A stretch of DNA of 64,000 nucleotides from a virus. Its lineage: Duplodnaviria; Caudoviricetes. Shown one piece after another: positions 46,744 through 55,001 of the stretch (the stretch's first letter is position 1; the number at the start of each line of letters is the position of its first letter). The stretch is from positions 96,001-160,000 of IMG/VR virus record IMGVR_UViG_3300023218_000040; one strand, given 5' to 3'. Both the position numbers and the translations under genes were made by a program. A model generated the notes under the pieces. That model saw only the letters and a program-made list of their open reading frames with translations, was not told the origin of the DNA and ran no database searches.

Positions 46744-48042
46744 ATGAAGATCATTCCCATCGGACCATCGTTGGTTGTGCTGGTCGGCCCGTCTGGGTCG
46801 GGCAAGAGCACGTTTTGCGAGCGTCATTTTAACGCTCGTGAGGTCGTGTCGTCCGATGCCATCCGGGAGGAATTTACCGGGGATAAGCGCCGTCAGGACA
46901 AGAACGACGTAGTGTTCGCCGAATTCCATCGTCGAATCGCTGTTAAGATTCAGGCGGGTCAGCGGGTGGTGGCGGATGCCACGCATCTGCGGGACAAGGA
47001 CCGCCGTGCGACTGCCGAGGTTGGGCTGGTACTCAATGTTCCGGTGACTTACGTTGTGATCGACCGTCCTGTGGAACAGAAGCTCCACACGGGCGGGTGG
47101 CGACTGGATGTCCGGATGAAGGGAGGAATCGGTCTCATTGAGGCTCACAGCGAGACCTTCAAGGCCAATGAGAACAAGATTCTCGCTGGCGACAACATCA
47201 AGGGAGTACAGGTCGTGGATACCCGTATCGACAACTTCGAAGTTGCACAGCCGATGGCTCGTGACGGGGCGGTCACGGCTCTGGCTTCCCGTGGCTTCAA
47301 GAACGTGCGGGTGATCGGTGACGTTCACGGAAACGTGGAGGGTTTTGATCAGGCGACCGACGCTTCTTCGGACACGTTCTTCCTGTTCCTGGGTGACCTT
47401 CTGGACTACGATCCGAGGGGCATTCATGTAGTGTGTGAGGTTGTGTCCATGATGCGTCAGGGTCACGCCATCAACATTCGAGGTAACCACGAGAAGAAGA
47501 TCACCAATTGGGTAATCGGTGAGCGTGGCGACGGGTTCCGTGGTCGCATCTCGCATGGCAACGATGCCACCACGAATGTTGTCAAGGCGATGTCCCCGAG
47601 CCAGCGTGCCAAATGGGAAGCTGATTTCCTGGCTCTGGTGGAGATGTCTCCGGACTGGATCCAGCTTGGTGAGTGGCTGTTTACGCACGGTGCGGTGCAC
47701 CCGGATATGTGGGACAACTCCATGTTCCGGGCGCACAAGAACTCCAAGCTGGAGTCCTTCGCCATGTTTGGTGAGACGACTGGTGAGGTCGTGAATGGCT
47801 TTCCGGTGCGGAAGTACGATTGGGTTGACCTGATCCCGGCACAGCACCATGCTGTGGTGGGTCACGCAATCCTCTCGGTCGATGACCCGGTTATCAAGAC
47901 TGGAACGTTGGGTGGCGAGGCTGTATTCCTCGACACGGGTTCTTCCAAGGATCTCGATGGTGCCCCTGGCCATCTGTCCTGGATGGATTTCAGCATCAAC
48001 CACAACCAACTGGTTTTCCAGGGCTTCGGTCGTCAGCAGTGA
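46744..48042 (+). CDS. Polynucleotide kinase-phosphatase (Pnkp; P-loop kinase plus metallophosphoesterase)
   Basis: GPSGSGKST, SSDAIR and DATHL; IGDVHGN, GDLLD, RGNHE, THG, VVGH and LDTG. Start moved to ATG 46744. Confidence 0.88.
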   Translation: MKIIPIGPSLVVLVGPSGSGKSTFCERHFNAREVVSSDAIREEFTGDKRRQDKNDVVFAEFHRRIAVKIQAGQRVVADATHLRDKDRRATAEVGLVLNVPVTYVVIDRPVEQKLHTGGWRLDVRMKGGIGLIEAHSETFKANENKILAGDNIKGVQVVDTRIDNFEVAQPMARDGAVTALASRGFKNVRVIGDVHGNVEGFDQATDASSDTFFLFLGDLLDYDPRGIHVVCEVVSMMRQGHAINIRGNHEKKITNWVIGERGDGFRGRISHGNDATTNVVKAMSPSQRAKWEADFLALVEMSPDWIQLGEWLFTHGAVHPDMWDNSMFRAHKNSKLESFAMFGETTGEVVNGFPVRKYDWVDLIPAQHHAVVGHAILSVDDPVIKTGTLGGEAVFLDTGSSKDLDGAPGHLSWMDFSINHNQLVFQGFGRQQ

Positions 48043-48048
48043 TGCAAT

Positions 48049-48072
48049 GCCGGGTGGGTGCTCCCACCCGGC
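48049..48072 (+). terminator. Perfect 10-bp GC hairpin after Pnkp
   Basis: GCCGGGTGGG-TGCT-CCCACCCGGC, 6 nt after the stop, followed by a pyrimidine-rich tail (weak U tract). Confidence 0.6.
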
Positions 48073-48124
48073 GGTTGATTTCCTCTTTCCTTACCGTCAT
48101 ATTCATATAACGGTTCATGGAACC

Positions 48125-48130
48125 TAAATA
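48125..48130 (+). promoter_or_regulatory. T4-late-like promoter core TAAATA
   Basis: Immediately upstream of the S41 peptidase gene. Confidence 0.4.
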
Positions 48131-48135
48131 AGTTC

Positions 48136-49620
48136 ATGAGGAAATCTAATATGTCTGTGATATCTCGGTTGCCTATTATAACAGCATGCACAGGAATCTT
48201 TTTGCTCATGCTATCTGCTTTACTTTTCATACATGAAAAGTATTCTACTCCTACTATTCCCATTATTCCTTCTTCTGTAAACCTGGAAACAGATATTGCT
48301 TCTGCTCTGGATGAAGTCATACAACATCTGGAGAAAGAATTCGTTAACGAGACTCCCCTGAAACGAGAAGAGATGCATCAAATTGCAGTAGATGCAATTT
48401 TGAAAAAGATAGGAGACCAACACGGTAAATTTCTTACTAACGATGAATATGGTCGGTTAAAGGATCGGATGACACCGACACATTATGGTGGATTAAACAT
48501 CCGAGTTGCAAAGCACCTAAGTGGTAATGATAAAGCTGAGATATTGATCCTTGAAATATTTGATGGTTCTCCGGTAGGTACATTCGGAGTGCGCCCTGGA
48601 GATACTATTAGTCATGTAAATGGGATTATGGTAACACCGGACAATTGGGAGGATATGGTCAAGAGTGTTCGTGGCCCAATTGGTTCAGATGTCCGTATCA
48701 CTGTGAAACGTGATAGTAGGGTGAAATTGGGAGAACTAACTTTTCAGCGAGTTCGTTCGAAGCTACAAACCATATTTGCTCATCATGAAAATTGCTACAT
48801 GCATTTGCGTATTAGTTTGTTTATTAATAGCCCAGAACAACAGGTATTTGATGCGGTTGAACCCATTCTAAAGGAATGTGATGGTGGTGTTCGTGGTATC
48901 GTTCTTGATGTCAGAAATAATCCTGGTGGATCGTTGCTCGGAGCCATCAAGTTAGTTGACATGTTTCTTGATCCGGATGATGTGGTTGTTAAGACCATAG
49001 GTCGTGCAGCAGAGAACAATATGACCTATAAAGCCGAACATGAAGCTGTGTTCCCAAAATCAATTCCAATGGTTGCTTTGATAAATGGACGTTCAGCATC
49101 AGCATCTGAAATTCTTGTTGGTGCGTTGAAGAAGTATAGAACGCTTTTTGCTGTGCTAGGCGAGAAATCATATGGAAAGGGATCTGTGCAAACTGTGTTT
49201 CCAGTGAATGGTGGCACGTCGGCGGTGAAGATAACGACCGCCATATATCTGGCCGGTGGTACCATCGAAATCGATGGAGTAGGCATCAAGCCAAACGTAG
49301 AAGTGAAACAGACAATCACTCCTGGTCAAACGGATATGCAGCGTGTAGTAAACACTACCTTGATTTTGAATTCCATGAACCCGGCAGTGGATCACCAACT
49401 GCGCATGGGATACCATTTTGTTGCTCATCTGGCAAATAACAAAGCAGTAGTTTCCATATCACCTGACCGTGGTGTTCTTCAGGCGTTGGAGTCCGTCGAG
49501 GCTCAAAAGCCTGTGGTAGTTACCGGATCGTTGTGCAGGGAAGCTGGCTTGAGGGGATGCCCCCGACCAAGAGAGGTCTTGCAGGTTCCCTCCTTCGGGA
49601 CACCAGGAAACCCTCCCTGA
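48136..49620 (+). CDS. C-terminal processing protease, family S41A (CtpA/Prc-like), with N-terminal anchor and PDZ domain
   Basis: Hydrophobic N-terminal helix; PDZ (GVRPGDTI..VNG...GPIGS.V.I.V.R); LDVRNNPGG; SASASE (Ser); KSYGKGSVQ (Lys); GVGIKP. Confidence 0.9.
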   Translation: MRKSNMSVISRLPIITACTGIFLLMLSALLFIHEKYSTPTIPIIPSSVNLETDIASALDEVIQHLEKEFVNETPLKREEMHQIAVDAILKKIGDQHGKFLTNDEYGRLKDRMTPTHYGGLNIRVAKHLSGNDKAEILILEIFDGSPVGTFGVRPGDTISHVNGIMVTPDNWEDMVKSVRGPIGSDVRITVKRDSRVKLGELTFQRVRSKLQTIFAHHENCYMHLRISLFINSPEQQVFDAVEPILKECDGGVRGIVLDVRNNPGGSLLGAIKLVDMFLDPDDVVVKTIGRAAENNMTYKAEHEAVFPKSIPMVALINGRSASASEILVGALKKYRTLFAVLGEKSYGKGSVQTVFPVNGGTSAVKITTAIYLAGGTIEIDGVGIKPNVEVKQTITPGQTDMQRVVNTTLILNSMNPAVDHQLRMGYHFVAHLANNKAVVSISPDRGVLQALESVEAQKPVVVTGSLCREAGLRGCPRPREVLQVPSFGTPGNPP

Positions 49621-49691
49621 GTGCGTAATGCAATGTCCTGCGTCGATAGAAACGGAAGCTATGGTTACATGTTTATGCGTGATGGACACTC

Positions 49692-49720
49692 TTGACTAAA
49701 AATGTCTGCGGGTTTATACT
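49692..49720 (+). promoter_or_regulatory. sigma70-type promoter TTGACT-N17-TATACT
   Basis: Near-consensus -35 and -10 with a 17-bp spacer, upstream of GGAG and GTG 49755. Confidence 0.75.
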
Positions 49721-49754
49721 ACCCTTCCGACATAGCTTCCGTCTGGAGAATTCA

Positions 49755-51020
49755 GTGCGTTACTACAAGTTCCCGGAGATCGAAACCATCGATGATGTGC
49801 TTCCGGCCATTAAGGACCGGGATGAATTTGTCGTGGCCGAGCGAGATTGGGGAACGGTGATCGACTACCAGATCACCCTGCCGGATTCGTTCCCGTGTCC
49901 GGTTCGGGAGGCGCATACCGCCAAGCAGCAATACAATTACATGGTGCGCCGTGAGTGCCGTGGCCTGAAGTTCGGCCTGAACGGCAAGCTGATCGCTCGT
50001 CCGTATCATAAGTTTTTCAATCTGGGCGAGCGTCCGGAGACCACCGACGACGAGCTTTCGTCTTTGGGTGCGTTCCATAAGAACTTCGTGATCATGCCGA
50101 AGCTGGATGGTTCAATGATCCATCCGATCACTTGGAATGACACCATGTACTTTTGCACCCGTATGGGTATCACCGATGTTGCGAATCAGGCATACGAGTT
50201 CGCTGGAAACAACGGGATGTACGAGCGCTTTTCCTATGATATGTGCCAGCGTGGACTGACCCCAATCTTCGAGTGGTGCTCTCGCAAGCAACGCATCGTG
50301 CTGGACTATCCGCAGGACTCGTTAATCTTGACTGCCATTCGTGTGAATCGCACGGGTGAGTACCTGACCCGTGGCAAGATGCAGGCTTTGGCTGTTCCGT
50401 ACGGGGTTCCGATGGTGGATCTGTACGACGGCTCATGGGACGGCATTGAGAAGTTTAGCAAACACGTTCGTGACATCGAAAACGCCGAGGGCTACGTCAT
50501 TCGCTGGGATGACGGCAACATGATCAAGATGAAGGGTGAGTGGTACGTGGCGATCCATCGTGCCAAGGATTCCATCATGCACGAGAAGCGCATCATAGCT
50601 TTGATCTTGAACGACAGTCTGGATGATGTGATGCCGCACCTGTTGCCGCAGGACTACGACCGTCTGGACCGGTACCGCAATGACTTCTGGCGTACCGTGG
50701 ACCATGTGGAGAAAACCCTGGACACCAAGGTTTCGATCTGTCGTTCGTTCACTGATGCCACTGGCATGGAAGAGAACGAGGCGAAGGGTTGGTTCGCACG
50801 TCAGGACGTGTCGCAGTACAAGGGGGTTCTGGCTCCGTGGAAGGGTCTTTTGTTCGCTACGTGGGACAAGAAGGATAAGACTCGGAACCTGTTCATCGAT
50901 TACCTGCGCAAGCGGTTCTCGTTGGATGTAGATAACTCTAAGGCCAATGGCTCGCAGGCTGTAGTGGATGAGCTTCGTGACGCTTTCATGCTTCCGGAAA
51001 AGAAGTGGGAGGATTACTGA
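49755..51020 (+). CDS. RNA ligase, T4 Rnl1-like
   Basis: RRECRGL.F, KFFNLGE, motif I KLDGSM, FEW, EGYVI and KMK. GTG start with GGAG RBS. Confidence 0.88.
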   Translation: MRYYKFPEIETIDDVLPAIKDRDEFVVAERDWGTVIDYQITLPDSFPCPVREAHTAKQQYNYMVRRECRGLKFGLNGKLIARPYHKFFNLGERPETTDDELSSLGAFHKNFVIMPKLDGSMIHPITWNDTMYFCTRMGITDVANQAYEFAGNNGMYERFSYDMCQRGLTPIFEWCSRKQRIVLDYPQDSLILTAIRVNRTGEYLTRGKMQALAVPYGVPMVDLYDGSWDGIEKFSKHVRDIENAEGYVIRWDDGNMIKMKGEWYVAIHRAKDSIMHEKRIIALILNDSLDDVMPHLLPQDYDRLDRYRNDFWRTVDHVEKTLDTKVSICRSFTDATGMEENEAKGWFARQDVSQYKGVLAPWKGLLFATWDKKDKTRNLFIDYLRKRFSLDVDNSKANGSQAVVDELRDAFMLPEKKWEDY

Positions 51021-51021
51021 A

Positions 51022-51273
51022 ATGGATCATTCTGAATTCAGAGAGAAGGTTGAATGTGGCCATTTGACGGTTGCTGGTGTGAGCCAGTACATCATGCTGA
51101 ACGTCGCAACGAGGAAGGAGCTTGACAAGCTTCGTGATGCTCGCATCTTCAGTGCCGTCGAGATCATCGAGGGTCGTTATCATGCCGAGCAGGTTCCAGT
51201 CGTCCGAGAAGTGGTCGAGGCGTGGAACAAGCGGCTGGGTTTTGAGTGCATCTACGAGGATTTTTTCCGATGA
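51022..51273 (+). CDS. Hypothetical protein
   Basis: ATG 51022 follows a GGAGG RBS; coupled to the next gene by ATGA. Confidence 0.6.
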   Translation: MDHSEFREKVECGHLTVAGVSQYIMLNVATRKELDKLRDARIFSAVEIIEGRYHAEQVPVVREVVEAWNKRLGFECIYEDFFR

Positions 51274-51599
51274 GCCACATCATGGACAACAACGACCATG
51301 TGATCTTCCGTGAGAAGTGCCAGAAGATTCTGGACGTTCTAGGTACGCCCAGCAACATGGGTCGTAAGTACGAGGACGAGAAGGTCACCATATCTTCCGG
51401 ACAGTGGGCGCAAGGTCTAAGCTTGGAGGTCACGATCATGCCAAAGGCGCATCCCTACAACCTACACAACCCGTGCGTAATGGTTACCGAGAATGGTGAA
51501 TGCATTCGTCATCAAGGCGAGTGGACCTACATCGAGGAACACATCGGTGACGTATACGAGGAAGCTCAGCGAGAAGCTATCAGCTTGGGCCTGGGGTAA
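51270..51599 (+). CDS. Hypothetical protein
   Basis: ATGA overlap with the upstream stop; GAGGA RBS. Confidence 0.6.
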   Translation: MSHIMDNNDHVIFREKCQKILDVLGTPSNMGRKYEDEKVTISSGQWAQGLSLEVTIMPKAHPYNLHNPCVMVTENGECIRHQGEWTYIEEHIGDVYEEAQREAISLGLG

Positions 51600-51614
51600 C
51601 AACATCCGAGAACA

Positions 51615-51935
51615 ATGCTAAAAGAAGAATTGGGTCCATGCCCGCTGTGCGGAATGGAGATGATTAAAGGTCAATCAATAGACCGCCATCATCTAATTCC
51701 AAAATGTAAAAAGGGAACTGAGGCAGAGTTGTGTCACGTCGTGTGCCACAGGAAGATCCACTCGACCTTATCTGAGGCCGAGCTTGATCATCATTGGCAT
51801 ACCTGGAGTCGGTTAAAGCAGCATCCGGAAATTCATAAATATATTCGATGGGTCAAGAAAAAGTTTCAGAAGAACCCGGAATACACCGACGTACATCGAG
51901 ACACGAAAGACAGAAATAGGAGGCGTAGACGGTGA
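51615..51935 (+). CDS. Small HNH endonuclease-like protein
   Basis: CPLCG....IDRHHLIPK...LCHVVCHRKIH. Confidence 0.75.
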   Translation: MLKEELGPCPLCGMEMIKGQSIDRHHLIPKCKKGTEAELCHVVCHRKIHSTLSEAELDHHWHTWSRLKQHPEIHKYIRWVKKKFQKNPEYTDVHRDTKDRNRRRRR

Positions 51936-52120
51936 ACAGTGATGAAGGTCTTATTTACTGCATTGGATACTGCATTGGATTGATTATCCTCGCAGTGTCA
52001 ATCGGTAACTACCTAAGTTCTGCATCGATTGGATTCATGGTTTTGGGTGGTGGAATCATCACCCCACCCATACTGTTATCGATTTTGCGATATCTCAATC
52101 GGGAGCGGACTGTCGAATAA
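51932..52120 (+). CDS. Small two-helix membrane protein
   Basis: GTGA overlap, GGAGG RBS and two hydrophobic segments. Confidence 0.55.
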   Translation: MNSDEGLIYCIGYCIGLIILAVSIGNYLSSASIGFMVLGGGIITPPILLSILRYLNRERTVE

Positions 52121-52418
52121 GCTTAGCTACGTGGCACATGAGAGCATCCTGAGCTTTTCTCAGTTCGCCCTTAGACCATTCGTCTGGTCCTTTCTGGAAT
52201 ACACCGAGGCGATACAGGAACATCTTCATAAGCCTTTCTGCTTCGTCGTCCCATAGGTTATTATCCTGTAGAAAAGAAACCGAGGCACCGACATCACGAC
52301 CAGGGATGCGTTCTATCTCGTCGTTTAGATCAGGACGAAATTTCTTGAGTGTGTTGTAGATGGCGCACTTGGTTTCATTCAGAATAAAGTGTGCCTCCAT
52401 CAGTTGTTGTATTCTCAT
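52095..52418 (-). CDS. Hypothetical protein
   Basis: 107-aa ORF at the end of a leftward unit; TAATG coupling. Confidence 0.55.
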   Translation of the reverse strand: MRIQQLMEAHFILNETKCAIYNTLKKFRPDLNDEIERIPGRDVGASVSFLQDNNLWDDEAERLMKMFLYRLGVFQKGPDEWSKGELRKAQDALMCHVAKLIRQSAPD

Positions 52419-52570
52419 TATGGTGTCATTGTGGTCGGGCGAACAACTGGGAAGTGTAACACCGTTGTTCCAGCAGGAACAACCATAGCGTTAACCCCTG
52501 GTAGACTGACAATAGTCCCGCCGTTAAATTGGGGCCATAACACTTCTTTCCAAAACTCTTCTTGTGCCAT
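52418..52570 (-). CDS. 50-aa ORF MAQEEFWKEVLWPQFNGGTIVSLPGVNAMVVPAGTTVLHFPVVRPTTMTP (missed by the track)
   Basis: Fills the gap between two minus-strand genes; its TAA overlaps the next ATG (TAATG). Confidence 0.5.
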   Translation of the reverse strand: MAQEEFWKEVLWPQFNGGTIVSLPGVNAMVVPAGTTVLHFPVVRPTTMTP

Positions 52571-52582
52571 GTGTTGCTACTC

Positions 52583-53410
52583 TTACTGTGAGTCAAGGAC
52601 CACTGGCCAACCATGCCATGTAGTTCCACCGTCACGAGTCCAGAACTTCAAGATGTCAGTACCTGCTGCCGTTAGAGTAGGTGGAGTTCCACCAGCCCAT
52701 TGAACTTCGGATCCCCAAGTTAATGTTCCCTGACCACCATTGGTTATTTCAACGGTCATTTCTGAACCGAATCCGGTCTTCATAGAACCGAGGGAAATTT
52801 GTGCGGTAGCAGCAGCACCAAACGTAAAAAAATGAGCCATGCCATCTGCTGGATCAAGCGTAATGTTGCCGGTTACTGTTCCGCTGTCATTAGTTTCAAA
52901 TCCAAAAGCACCCTCTATATTAACGACACCCTCATCACCAGAAGTAACATCACCACCAGCTATTGTTACATCAGCACCATCACCAGAAGTCGATCCACCA
53001 ATACCTCCAATGAGGGTTATTGCACCACCGGTACCAGTTGTTCCACCAGTACCAGCATTAACAACAAAGTTACCACCAGTTCCATTACCGTCACCATCAC
53101 CAGTAGTAATTGTTATGTTGCCACCAAGAGCCGCAGCACCAATCCCCGAACTACCAGAAGTGATGTTGATAGACCCACCAACACCTACTCCGGAACCGCC
53201 ATCTCCTCCATCTCCAGCGGTGATATTAACGTCGGCACCGGGAGACGCACCATCGGATATGCCGGGTTGAATATTGATGGTACCTCCAGCAAATCCGGTG
53301 CCACCATCACCAGTTGTGATGGTAAGATTTCCACCGGCTGCGCTACTACCATCTTGCGTGGTAACGTCACTCGGTGTGCCAAGCAAGGTAAGTGAACCGT
53401 TTACATCCAT
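52583..53410 (-). CDS. Gly-rich tail-fibre-like protein
   Basis: Repeated GG.I.IT.G.G.G units; C-terminal W.SEV.WAGGTPPTLT..GTDIL.F.T.DGGTTW.G domain typical of fibre tips. Confidence 0.7.
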   Translation of the reverse strand: MDVNGSLTLLGTPSDVTTQDGSSAAGGNLTITTGDGGTGFAGGTINIQPGISDGASPGADVNITAGDGGDGGSGVGVGGSINITSGSSGIGAAALGGNITITTGDGDGNGTGGNFVVNAGTGGTTGTGGAITLIGGIGGSTSGDGADVTIAGGDVTSGDEGVVNIEGAFGFETNDSGTVTGNITLDPADGMAHFFTFGAAATAQISLGSMKTGFGSEMTVEITNGGQGTLTWGSEVQWAGGTPPTLTAAGTDILKFWTRDGGTTWHGWPVVLDSQ

Positions 53411-53441
53411 TGGTTAAATCCTCGAACGTGATGAACTTAAG

Positions 53442-53447
53442 TATTTA
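53442..53447 (-). promoter_or_regulatory. T4-late-like promoter core (ATAAATA, minus strand)
   Basis: Upstream of the fibre-like gene and divergent from the tmRNA promoter. Confidence 0.5.
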
Positions 53448-53454
53448 TCAATCC

Positions 53455-53485
53455 TTGACTTATTCACTTATATGGGATATAAATA
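53455..53485 (+). promoter_or_regulatory. Composite promoter: TTGACT-N17-TATAAA, with the -10 also an exact T4 late TATAAATA
   Basis: TTGACT 53455-53460 and TATAAATA 53478-53485, directly upstream of the tmRNA. Confidence 0.72.
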
Positions 53486-53489
53486 AAAG

Positions 53490-53850
53490 TACAGTTGCTT
53501 GAGCGAACACTTGAAGCTCTACGGACGGCGGTTCGATTCCGCCCATCTCCACTAAACGATGGACATAGAGTAGCAGTGAGTGTACACCGGTACTCTATTT
53601 TCATTAGCGGCAGATAACGCACAACTGCCACATCTCTGGGGATGCCCTGGTTTTGACGTGGTGATGGATGGCTAGTAGTGAGACTGTCGGGTTAGACTAC
53701 CCCCGTAAAGGTTCACCCAAAGTATCTGCAAACGATGCTGTATATGACGAGGAGGTTCTTCCTCTCGCTGCATAAGCGGGAGCCAAGAATTCCTACTGCG
53801 GCTTAACAACCCGCAACGTCCGGGGTCTAACGAGCCTTGTTACCAAAATC
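53490..53850 (+). ncRNA. ssrA: Circularly permuted (two-piece) tmRNA; outer boundaries approximate
   Basis: T arm GGCGG-TTCGATT-CCGCC (53527-53543) and 3' acceptor strand CATCTCC-A (53544-53551) come before the 5' strand GGGGATG (53638-53644). These give a 7-bp stem with the G3:U alanine determinant. Tag ORF 53728-53775 encodes ANDAVYDEEVLPLAA*. Confidence 0.92.
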
Positions 53851-53854
53851 CTAG

Positions 53855-53881
53855 AAAGGGGAGCCTGTGTGCTCCCCTTTT
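53855..53881 (+). terminator. Intrinsic terminator after the tmRNA
   Basis: AAAGGGGAGC-CTGTGT-GCTCCCCTTTT perfect inverted repeat with a U tract. Confidence 0.8.
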
Positions 53882-53986
53882 GCTTTCCGTAATATTACTC
53901 GTCAATCATTTCACCAAGAAACTTTTATGCATAGTGAGTTTCAGGGATATATACTTTATGAAAAAATTAACGAGGAGACTCTAATA

Positions 53987-54307
53987 ATGGATACAAATAG
54001 CAAGATGAGCTATGCGACTGGTCGAAAGCTCAGAATTATTGAAGAAAACATTGGAGAGGATTGGCGAAATCTTCATCCGGGGAAGTCTATTGATGCTGTG
54101 TATAATATGATTACCGGAGACAGTCGTAAGAACTTGTTCTGCAAGATCGACCCGGATATAAAGTGCAAGCTGGATGAGATGGTGGATTTCCATGATACAA
54201 AGATGGCCGAGCTTGTTGAAAAGCTGATCGAAGAGGAATATGATAGGTTTGTTATGATGCGCAATGCCAAAGTGAACGAGATGGCATCGCAGTTTGCCAT
54301 TGGTTAA
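53987..54307 (+). CDS. Hypothetical protein, possible ribbon-helix-helix-like DNA-binding C-terminus
   Basis: GAGGAG RBS before ATG 53987; LFCKIDPDIKCKLDEMV....MAELVEKLIEE pattern. Confidence 0.55.
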   Translation: MDTNSKMSYATGRKLRIIEENIGEDWRNLHPGKSIDAVYNMITGDSRKNLFCKIDPDIKCKLDEMVDFHDTKMAELVEKLIEEEYDRFVMMRNAKVNEMASQFAIG

Positions 54308-54321
54308 CATAGGAATCAACC

Positions 54322-54567
54322 ATGTACGACATTGAGCTTTGCCCCTTTTGCGGTTCAAAAGCGTACCCAGAATTTTGTCAAGACCTGATGTTCTCATTTG
54401 TGGTGGAATGTATCAACCACAAGTGTAAGGCCCACGGCCCACGAGTGCGGGTGCCGATGGAAAAACAAGGTAGAAAGCGATGGGAGGAGTTCGCTTCTCC
54501 GTATAGAGAAGAATCAGTCTTTCGTTGGAATGATCGTGTCTCTTGTGTAGCAAAGGCAGATTGTTGA
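54322..54567 (+). CDS. Lar-family restriction alleviation-like zinc-ribbon protein
   Basis: LCPFCGSKA...VECINHKCKAHGP...WNDR. Confidence 0.65.
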   Translation: MYDIELCPFCGSKAYPEFCQDLMFSFVVECINHKCKAHGPRVRVPMEKQGRKRWEEFASPYREESVFRWNDRVSCVAKADC

Positions 54568-54598
54568 ACTTTAGCACACTGATACCTACATTCGAGTT

Positions 54599-54997
54599 AT
54601 GGAACAACTGGTGACAGTATTTGAAGTGGATAAGCCCACGTACAACAACGTGGTCTACCCCCGTAAAGTTATCATGGCGGCTATAGAACAGTTTCAGACT
54701 CGTCTCAAAGAAAATAACGATGCGATCCCTGGTGAATGCCAGATGGTTAATGTTGATGAAATGAACCCGGGGGCGATAATGAATATCAACCTAGGTAACG
54801 TGAGCCATGTCGTGAAATATATTTGGATGGATGGTAACAAGGTTGTAGCCAAGATCATGTTGGTAGGAAAATACGCCGAGCTGGCTAAAGCGGGCGTGAA
54901 GTTTTCAGTTATTCCAAGAGCGTTAGGTAGCCTATCACGTGATGATGTGTGTGATTCCTACTCTTTGATTACACTCGATCTTCACTACACGGAATGA
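54599..54997 (+). CDS. Degenerate paralog of the T4 gp21-type prohead protease
   Basis: N..VYPR.V...A, GEC, INL.NVSHV...W.DGN.V.AK and RALGSL resemble gp21, but the ELxH His and SSRG Ser positions are substituted. Confidence 0.6.
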   Translation: MEQLVTVFEVDKPTYNNVVYPRKVIMAAIEQFQTRLKENNDAIPGECQMVNVDEMNPGAIMNINLGNVSHVVKYIWMDGNKVVAKIMLVGKYAELAKAGVKFSVIPRALGSLSRDDVCDSYSLITLDLHYTE

Positions 54998-55001
54998 AAG
55001 C

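Noticed and set aside
46603-48009. 468-aa minus-strand ORF
   Set aside because: Antisense shadow of the GC3-rich Pnkp gene with no motifs.
52389-53395. Plus-strand ORFs (104, 198 and 143 aa)
   Set aside because: Shadows of the Gly-rich minus-strand fibre gene and the 50-aa ORF.
53524-53554. tRNA-like T arm and acceptor end
   Set aside because: There is no upstream D or anticodon arm, and its pairing partner lies downstream at 53638. It is part of the permuted tmRNA, not a tRNA.
53981-54397. 138-aa minus-strand ORF
   Set aside because: The plus-strand ORF at 53987 has a strong GAGGAG RBS and fits the operon direction.
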